Of a stretch of DNA of 40,000 nucleotides, positions 7,193 to 13,600 are shown in pieces. Below the pieces are notes generated by a model. The model did no database searches, was not told the DNA's origin, and worked only from the letters and a program-made list of their open reading frames with translations. Each line of letters begins with the position of its first letter. Position 1 is the first letter of the stretch. The translations under genes were made by a program, and so were the position numbers. The DNA comes from Methanogenium sp. S4BF. GTDB lineage: Archaea > Halobacteriota > Methanomicrobia > Methanomicrobiales > Methanomicrobiaceae. The stretch lies in NCBI RefSeq assembly GCF_029633965.1, contig NZ_CP091277.1:763940-803939 (forward strand), given 5' to 3'.

Positions 7193-10030
7193 TCACGCCT
7201 CCGCAACAAACAGTTCCCGTTCCAGTCCCTGACATATGCCAATGAACGCCCTGAGATCGCCCTCGTCAAACATCGGCAGCGGTGCGTTGATGCCAAAATT
7301 GGTGAACGGGGCATCCCAGAGATCTCTCATTTCTATATGCTTTTTGCGCATAAATACCGTCTGAATCGTCCTGATGAAGTGGAGCTGGTCGGCGGTGTAG
7401 TGCTTGTTGTTCTCAGCAATGAAGGTCTGGAACGCCTCCTCGATCTGCTCTTTCGGGTCGGGTGCCTTGTAGAGTCCCAACACAGATTTGATGAAATCAA
7501 CAAGCGTCCCCCGTGGCTGCCGGTAGCCTTTCTGCAGGACTTCCCCGGTGATGTCCACCCCTGCCTCGGTGAGGGTCTCCTCAAGACGGGAGAGGTCGGT
7601 CTCCGTGATTGTCTCATCGTTTGCGATCTTTTGGATGACCGGGTCTTCGGTTGCCATCTCGCGGATTCGTTCTTCCACCTTCTTGACAAACGCGGTGACA
7701 TAGGGAGGGGTGTCCTCGTTCACCTCCCAGATGCTGCGTTCCTCAATCACATCGCCCATGTCGATGACAATCGTCTGGGGCGTCTCCTTGGACATATACT
7801 TCATCAGCGGTGCGATATCAGAAACAAGCATCCGGGTATCCTCGAACGAGACACCCTTCCAGAACGATCGGGAGAGCACGTCATCCAGTTGCTCTTCCTT
7901 CTGCCGGACTTTTTCGAGGTTGCGGGGGAGGAGGTCAACCATCTCAGCGATGGCCTTCTTCTGCCGCTCTATCTCCTTGTCATTCCCTTCTAAGACAGCA
8001 AGCGCAAGCCGTTCGGTCTTGATCGTAAAGGACGCCTCCTTGAGATTGACACCCGTCTGGTAGCGCATCAGGGGCATCATATGGGATGTCAGGTATTCAA
8101 CCGGGTCAACGGCAATATTGTCCCAGAGTTTGGGAGAGAGTGCTTTTGCAATCTCCTGTTCGTGTTCCCGCACACTCACGGAGTCGGAAGGCAGGGCACG
8201 GATATCGTCCTCAATTTTTGCCCGGATCACCGCAGCACGTTCCCCATCTCCCGCCTGTATCAACCGGTCAAGCTGCTTTACCCGCAGGAGAAAGATCCGA
8301 CTGGTAATAGCTTCGATGGGTTCGTTCTTCACCCCTTCCGGGTTCATGTTCCAGTAATCAAAGTTGTTCCAGAAATCGAAGACCTTGAAATACTCCTTCT
8401 TCCCGTTCGGGAGCCAGTCACGGTGTTTGCAGGCCGCATCCGCCCTTGTCCCCCTCCCTAGCATCTGCCAGAACTTGATCCTGGAGAAGACCGGTTTTGC
8501 AAAGACAAGGTTGCAGACCTCCGGTACGTCAATGCCGGTGTCCAGCATGTCGACCGATATGGCAACACGGGGGAATGACTCCTTCTCAAAGTCATGGATG
8601 AGTGCCTGTGCACGGGAATCCTCAGAGACAATAATGCGTGCGAGGTTCCCCTTGTATTCAGGATAGAGGTCATTGAACGCCTCATGAAGCCGGTTCGCAT
8701 GCTTCTTTGATATCGCAAAGAAGATCGTCTTCGCAGGAAGTGTGCCAGTCTCATCCATCTGGCAGTTATCCATGAACTCCCGGACAATTGCTTCAGACGT
8801 GCCCTTCACCGCGATCTTCTTCTCCAGAACAGAGCCATCGAAATCGATCTCGTCCGGGTCGATGCCCTGCTCGATGAGGCGGTTACGTTCGGTCTCGCTC
8901 AGGTCTGAGGGCTTCACCCCTTCAATCTGGAAGTGCGTCTGCGCACCCATGATATTCTTGCGGAAGTCACAGAGGATACCGTCTCGCACTGCCTCCTCAT
9001 ATGAGTAGAGAGCGGTTGGTGCCTGATCATCACACTGGAAGAACCGGAAGGTGTCACGGTCAACAAGGTCTGCCGGTGTTGCAGTCAGCCCGATCTGGAT
9101 GGCATCCAGATACGTGAAGACATCCCGCCATTTATTGTATATACTGCGGTGTGCCTCATCTGAGATGATGAGGTCAAACTCACCAGGCGAGATAAGATAC
9201 TGCCCGTTCTCATCTTTTTGGGTATAGATCTCCTGAAACGTCTGGATGGTGGAGACATAGAGCCGCTTCTCCTTGTTGAAGTTGCCGTGCAGGATTTTGT
9301 CCTTCGCCTCCTGCGGGAAGAACTCCTGAAACCCTTTGTTCCATGCCTGATCCCGCAGTGCCTTTCTGTCTGCGAGGAAGAGCACCCGGTGAGCACGGTT
9401 CTCCTGCATCAGGGCATCGATAATTGCCATCGCGACACGAGTCTTGCCCGTGCCCGTTGCCATCACAATCAACGCCTTCCGGTGTCCCTTCTGGATGTGC
9501 TCCACTATCCGTTTGACATTCTCGATACTCTTCGGGCGGTCAACAATATCGGTATTGACTCCTCTTGGTGTGTCCGGCTGAACCTGCTCGTTCTGGAAGC
9601 GAAGCCGCTCAAGGTCTTTGCGGGCGTAGAACCCGGTCACCAGACGGGGAGGATACCGCTGCCGATCCCAGAACCAGATCTCATAACCGTTTGTGAGAAA
9701 AATGAAGACATCCCGGCCCGTTTGCCTTTTGATGTCGTCTGCATATTTTTCTGCCTGCTTTTGACCGATATTGGGGTCTTTTGATGTCCGCTTTGCCTCG
9801 ATGATGGCAAGGGGATTATTCAGACTGTCCAGCAGGAGATAGTCAGCATATTTACTCTCACGATCATTCTTGAGTGTTTCATCAACAGTTTTGTAGGAAC
9901 AGGCATTGAAATCAGACTGCTTTGTATCAACCTCAGGGATGACATGCGAACGACTGTTCACATCCCAGCCCTGCTCCCTGAGTTGGACATCAATCTTTTG
10001 TTTCCTCGTCTGATGTTCATTGAGATCCAT
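7193..10030 (-). CDS. hsdR: Type I R-M restriction endonuclease/translocase subunit HsdR
   Basis: N-terminal PD-(D/E)xK-like nuclease motif (ADYLLLD...PLAIIEAKR), SF2 helicase Walker A (VMATGTGKTRVA) and DEAH box (LIISDEAHRS). The protein is 945 aa. Confidence 0.92.
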   Translation of the reverse strand: MDLNEHQTRKQKIDVQLREQGWDVNSRSHVIPEVDTKQSDFNACSYKTVDETLKNDRESKYADYLLLDSLNNPLAIIEAKRTSKDPNIGQKQAEKYADDIKRQTGRDVFIFLTNGYEIWFWDRQRYPPRLVTGFYARKDLERLRFQNEQVQPDTPRGVNTDIVDRPKSIENVKRIVEHIQKGHRKALIVMATGTGKTRVAMAIIDALMQENRAHRVLFLADRKALRDQAWNKGFQEFFPQEAKDKILHGNFNKEKRLYVSTIQTFQEIYTQKDENGQYLISPGEFDLIISDEAHRSIYNKWRDVFTYLDAIQIGLTATPADLVDRDTFRFFQCDDQAPTALYSYEEAVRDGILCDFRKNIMGAQTHFQIEGVKPSDLSETERNRLIEQGIDPDEIDFDGSVLEKKIAVKGTSEAIVREFMDNCQMDETGTLPAKTIFFAISKKHANRLHEAFNDLYPEYKGNLARIIVSEDSRAQALIHDFEKESFPRVAISVDMLDTGIDVPEVCNLVFAKPVFSRIKFWQMLGRGTRADAACKHRDWLPNGKKEYFKVFDFWNNFDYWNMNPEGVKNEPIEAITSRIFLLRVKQLDRLIQAGDGERAAVIRAKIEDDIRALPSDSVSVREHEQEIAKALSPKLWDNIAVDPVEYLTSHMMPLMRYQTGVNLKEASFTIKTERLALAVLEGNDKEIERQKKAIAEMVDLLPRNLEKVRQKEEQLDDVLSRSFWKGVSFEDTRMLVSDIAPLMKYMSKETPQTIVIDMGDVIEERSIWEVNEDTPPYVTAFVKKVEERIREMATEDPVIQKIANDETITETDLSRLEETLTEAGVDITGEVLQKGYRQPRGTLVDFIKSVLGLYKAPDPKEQIEEAFQTFIAENNKHYTADQLHFIRTIQTVFMRKKHIEMRDLWDAPFTNFGINAPLPMFDEGDLRAFIGICQGLERELFVAEA

Positions 10031-10123
10031 GCGTTACTCCATTGTGGATAGATATTAAATGAAAAGTTTATTCAAGTCAATAATTGACTCGTTTGGCACC
10101 ATACATCAATGTTATGGAATCTG

Positions 10124-10146
10124 TTTGATATTGCTCAATAATATCA
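10124..10146. promoter_or_regulatory. Perfect 8-bp stem / 7-nt loop inverted repeat between cas1 and hsdR
   Basis: ttgatatt-gctcaat-aatatcaa lies in the AT-rich 186-bp spacer between the cas1 stop (10217) and the hsdR start (10030). It could be a terminator or an operator, and the function is not established. Confidence 0.25.
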
Positions 10147-10216
10147 ACAATACTTCAACGTCAACACCACAAATTGGTTGAATTACCTCAACAGAAAAGA
10201 AAAATGAGAAAGAAAC

Positions 10217-11440
10217 TCAGACAGATAACGTCTCTTTTAGTTGATCCCATACCATCAACCGTTCAACAACGTGTTGATTGAGGGAAAACGGCTTCTCCGA
10301 CTCTGCGTTCTTTTTCATATAATGCAATGAACCTTTTGAGAAACCCAGTTTCTTCCAGTCAGCATACGAAATGCTGAGTATCTTCCTGCGTATCTCATCC
10401 GTATCAACCCTGTCAACCTGATACTCCGGCTTCATGAAACTCACCGACTGTTTCTTCCCGGTCAGATACTGCGCCAGCTCCCTGCCCTTCAGCACCATCA
10501 CATAACTCCACATCAGCTCTTTGCCCTGATACTCAACCGTCTTGTTGAACCATGCGTTGACCTCTTCTGTCATCTTGCGTGCACCCGTGGGCCGTAATCT
10601 CAGTGCATAGCTCTCCGTCCTGATAAAATCCTTCGCGGTCATCGCATCGCGCTCAACGAGGTTGATAACTGCCAGGTCAACAAGAAACCGAAACAACTCC
10701 TGCATATCATAAGCCAGACTGTTCTTGCCGGATTGCATCTCATGAAGGAATCCCACATGTGCATCAAGACCAACACTGTTGATGACCCTGAGACACTCTG
10801 CTTCGAGAAGGGCATACCCATAATTCAGCATGCAGTTGACCTGATCTCCCGCTCCTGAGGGCCGTGTGTGGTAACGTCCCGTCCGGCTCTCAAACTCATA
10901 CTTCTCAGGGATGACTTTGGCAAACTGTTTCCAGTAGTGCTGGGCAACGGCACCCTCAACTCCCATCACTTCCCGGATCAACTTTGCGTCTTTCAGACTC
11001 TTTGGTTCATAGGGAATCACAGGGTCAACACCGGGATACCGCTGGTGCAGATAGTCAAGGACGATCTGTGTGCGGTCAAACTTGGATTCGATGAACTTCT
11101 TCGCCAGTTTCAGTCGCAGTTTCTTATCGTCAAATGCATGGTATTGTACAAACTTCGTCTTCACCTGCACACTCTCCGGAGGGAGCATTGTGGTGAGCAT
11201 CGTTCCATCCCAATCAAGAATGGACACCTGCACATTGTGTTTGACAAGCCACCGGATGGCTTCAAGACTGAGGTTGCCGCTCCTCCCGTAGATCACAATG
11301 GAATCGATATCAATGCGCTGTGGATGGAAGACATACTTCGCAGGCTCCTCTTCGGTAGAGAACCGTCCGTCCGTGATATGAAGGTGTGCACGATCCACTT
11401 TCATGCTGATGCCATGCCCGTTGAGAAGCAGGAACTTCAT
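10217..11440 (-). CDS. cas1: Cas1-family casposase (Cas1 integrase core plus C-terminal HTH)
   Basis: Cas1 catalytic signature residues are present: Glu in REVMGVEGAVAQHYW, His in LDAHVGFLHE, and an acidic pair in SLAYDMQELFRFLVD. It also has NYGYALLE. The C-terminal extension (ILSISYADWKKLGFSKGSLHYMKK) reads as an HTH, as described for casposases. Confidence 0.9.
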   Translation of the reverse strand: MKFLLLNGHGISMKVDRAHLHITDGRFSTEEEPAKYVFHPQRIDIDSIVIYGRSGNLSLEAIRWLVKHNVQVSILDWDGTMLTTMLPPESVQVKTKFVQYHAFDDKKLRLKLAKKFIESKFDRTQIVLDYLHQRYPGVDPVIPYEPKSLKDAKLIREVMGVEGAVAQHYWKQFAKVIPEKYEFESRTGRYHTRPSGAGDQVNCMLNYGYALLEAECLRVINSVGLDAHVGFLHEMQSGKNSLAYDMQELFRFLVDLAVINLVERDAMTAKDFIRTESYALRLRPTGARKMTEEVNAWFNKTVEYQGKELMWSYVMVLKGRELAQYLTGKKQSVSFMKPEYQVDRVDTDEIRRKILSISYADWKKLGFSKGSLHYMKKNAESEKPFSLNQHVVERLMVWDQLKETLSV

Positions 11441-12351
11441 GACCTCATCCCCTTGAACAACCCGTTCAGTTCAGGTGCACCCCTGATGCCTTCCATCGGG
11501 TCGGTTGCATCAAGCGGGTCACTCTCATGCTCTGTTGCATACTTGCGTATCTCTGCGAGAGTATCAGCCTCTTTCACCCGGTCTCCCTTTCGCAGTTCAC
11601 GTTCCAGATTGAATAGTTCCGTGCGGTGTGATTCTATGATAAAGGCGGTGAATGGTGTCAGATAGTCGTTCTTCAGAGATTCAAAGTCATCTGCGTTTCG
11701 GGCATCCTCAATGAGCTGAGATACCACCCTTTCGTCCCTCAGCTTTCCGAGCATGCGGATATGGTGATTACGCATCTGTGCATTTTGCGGCACACTAATG
11801 TCAAACTGTGTAAGGCTTGCACGCAGAAGAACCCTGAACCGGTCTTTGTCAAAAGGCGTGATTTCCCGGATTATGAAATAGTCATAGAGAATTTCGGTAG
11901 CTGCTTTGGCAATATCAGCGTCTTTGGTCAGCAGGTTGACAATCGCGTCTAACTGTTTCGGTGTGAGGATGTATTTGTCACGGTAAAGCCGGATCTCATC
12001 GAGAACCATCCTGATATCCGCTGTGTCACCTTTGGAAAGCAGGTCAAATAATGTGTCAAGATGCTTTTTCCGTTCTGCAAAGGATTTCAGCGTGAGATAA
12101 ACCGCTCTATTGTTGGATTCTTTGATTCCATAGGCTATAAGGTCTGGATTTTGAATTTTTGCAATCATGCCTGCTTTGTTCAAATATTCAATTGCCCTGT
12201 ACAGGCTTGGTTCACTAAAACCTCTTTCACCTTTTTGATTCTCCACGATCTCTCTCACAAGTTTGGAGGTTCTTGTTGGGGGATGAGTGGAGAGATACTG
12301 GAGTATTGCACTATCACTTTTAACATCTGACATTTGACTACCAACATTCAC
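11437..12351 (-). CDS. wHTH DNA-binding protein with an all-helical C-terminal domain, translationally coupled to cas1
   Basis: Its stop overlaps the cas1 start (ATGA at 11437-11440). The N-terminus ILQYLSTHPPTRTSKLVREIVENQKGERGFSEPSLYRAIEYLNKAGMI has a winged-helix pattern. The rest is predicted helical with no recognisable catalytic motif. Confidence 0.6.
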   Translation of the reverse strand: MNVGSQMSDVKSDSAILQYLSTHPPTRTSKLVREIVENQKGERGFSEPSLYRAIEYLNKAGMIAKIQNPDLIAYGIKESNNRAVYLTLKSFAERKKHLDTLFDLLSKGDTADIRMVLDEIRLYRDKYILTPKQLDAIVNLLTKDADIAKAATEILYDYFIIREITPFDKDRFRVLLRASLTQFDISVPQNAQMRNHHIRMLGKLRDERVVSQLIEDARNADDFESLKNDYLTPFTAFIIESHRTELFNLERELRKGDRVKEADTLAEIRKYATEHESDPLDATDPMEGIRGAPELNGLFKGMRS

Positions 12352-12377
12352 TATTATCTTTATATGATATAATATGT

Positions 12378-12409
12378 GCTATCATATTAGCTATCATTAC
12401 TAACGATAG
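12378..12409. promoter_or_regulatory. Candidate operator in the divergent casposon control region
   Basis: gctatcat occurs twice (12378-12385 and 12390-12397). An imperfect 19-bp palindrome ctatcattactaacgatag (12391-12409, 16/19 self-complementary) lies between the divergent wHTH-cas1 and RHH-polB gene sets, in AT-rich TATA-like sequence. Confidence 0.35.
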
Positions 12410-12432
12410 TGTCTGCTCTCCTTCATGAATCT

Positions 12433-12582
12433 ATGAAACCAAAAGAAAAGACCAACAAACTGGTCATTTCTGTTTCGCCGTATCTGAAGGCGAAGATCGT
12501 TGAGACCGCAGACCGCTATGGATGCTCCCAGGCTGAAGTCCTCAGGATGGCGTTCATCCGGATGCTGGAGGCAGACAGATGA
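12433..12582 (+). CDS. Ribbon-helix-helix (CopG/MetJ-like) DNA-binding protein, 49 aa, below the ORF-track cutoff
   Basis: Manual translation gives MKPKEKTNKLVISVSPYLKAKIVETADRYGCSQAEVLRMAFIRMLEADR. It has a beta-strand (KLVISVSPYL) followed by two helices, the classic RHH layout. Its stop overlaps the next ATG (ATGA at 12579-12582). Confidence 0.6.
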   Translation: MKPKEKTNKLVISVSPYLKAKIVETADRYGCSQAEVLRMAFIRMLEADR

Positions 12583-13220
12583 GCCGCAAACGGTTCTCTC
12601 AGGAGTATCGCACCTATGGCGAGTGGCTCAACGCACAACCACGGGAATCACGGTATGCAAAACGTATCATCCGGTTCCACGAACGGTTTCCCGGCAAGAG
12701 CCTGAAAGAGCTGAAGGGTCTCCGCGTCCGGGACTATGACCTGAGTAATAACCCGTGGAATGATCTCTCCCCTGAAGAGAAGCGTGAACGTCTTCTCTCC
12801 CTTGAACTGCTCCGTGCCATGCGGAACGATGAACACTTCTCCCCAAAGCTCAGGGAGCTGGGTCTTTCACGCGACACCGCTGTCAAACACCTTGGCCTGA
12901 ATCTCCGGAAAGAACGTGGATACTGGCACATCAACAAAACAGACCGCATAGAAGTTGAGATGATGATCTATGACCGTGAGAAGGGTCATATTTCGATTCC
13001 TGTTGCAAACTCCGTAGACCGGACACGGATTGCACGATACCATGCCTATGTCCGGTTCGCAATTGAGGATAACAACCCTGCACTCCTGAAGCGGTTTGAG
13101 CAGATGGTTGTTATTGATGCAACCGGTATCCGCTATCGGTTTGAGACCGATGTGGAACGCCTGTATGAGATCAAGGATGCAGAAGAAGAACCGGAATTTT
13201 TCGAGATCTATCAGTCATAG
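12579..13220 (+). CDS. Hypothetical casposon protein (213 aa)
   Basis: A long ORF coupled to the RHH gene upstream and followed 5 nt later by the HNH gene. Its composition resembles the casposon core. I recognise no motif. Confidence 0.6.
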   Translation: MSRKRFSQEYRTYGEWLNAQPRESRYAKRIIRFHERFPGKSLKELKGLRVRDYDLSNNPWNDLSPEEKRERLLSLELLRAMRNDEHFSPKLRELGLSRDTAVKHLGLNLRKERGYWHINKTDRIEVEMMIYDREKGHISIPVANSVDRTRIARYHAYVRFAIEDNNPALLKRFEQMVVIDATGIRYRFETDVERLYEIKDAEEEPEFFEIYQS

Positions 13221-13225
13221 GAGCG

Positions 13226-13600
13226 ATGCATATGGACAAAAATACCTACCGAAAAACAACAGAGAAGATGAAACGGTCAGGGCAGACCGGACACTGCTGC
13301 GTAATGTGTGGAGAAGATAATCCAGCCCTCCTTGAGATGCACCATGTCGATGGAAGAGCGGCATCTGAGAAGACTGTTCCCCTCTGCAAGAACTGTCACG
13401 CAAAGGTCACAATGGAGCAGAACCGTTTCCCTCCGAAAGCCCGTGCTGCCAATGGCCTTCAGGCAGAACAGATTGCATTCTGGCTCCTGAGCCTTGGTGC
13501 ACTTCTGAAATATGTTGGTCAGTCACTCATCGAATTTGCCCATGAGGTTCAGCAGAATGCCGGCGTTAGCAGTGCGTGGATACACTCGAAAACTCAATAA
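13226..13600 (+). CDS. HNH endonuclease
   Basis: CCVMCGEDNPALLEMHHVDGRAASEKTVPLCKNCHAKV gives CxxC ... HH ... CxxCH, the zinc-finger-braced HNH motif. Confidence 0.85.
   Translation: MHMDKNTYRKTTEKMKRSGQTGHCCVMCGEDNPALLEMHHVDGRAASEKTVPLCKNCHAKVTMEQNRFPPKARAANGLQAEQIAFWLLSLGALLKYVGQSLIEFAHEVQQNAGVSSAWIHSKTQ

Noticed and set aside
7154-9784. Long plus-strand ORFs (279 aa at 7154-7993, 188 aa at 9218-9784, and several of 70-126 aa) inside the hsdR region
   Set aside because: They are antisense to a 945-aa ORF with unambiguous helicase and nuclease motifs. Their products are low-complexity, Arg/Leu/Pro/Gly-rich strings typical of shadow ORFs in moderately GC-rich DNA.
10217-11440. Cas1 as part of a CRISPR-Cas adaptation module
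   Set aside because: There is no cas2, cas4 or effector gene, and I could find no array of short direct repeats with spacers anywhere in the 40 kb. The gene is bracketed by PolB and HNH genes, terminal inverted repeats and a target duplication, which fits a casposase instead.
10868-11665. 265-aa plus-strand ORF across cas1 and the wHTH gene
   Set aside because: It is antisense to two well-supported genes and spans their junction. The sequence has no recognisable features.
12500-12739. 79-aa plus-strand ORF
   Set aside because: It overlaps the RHH ORF and the 213-aa ORF in a different frame. Those two are coupled by ATGA and give protein-like sequence.
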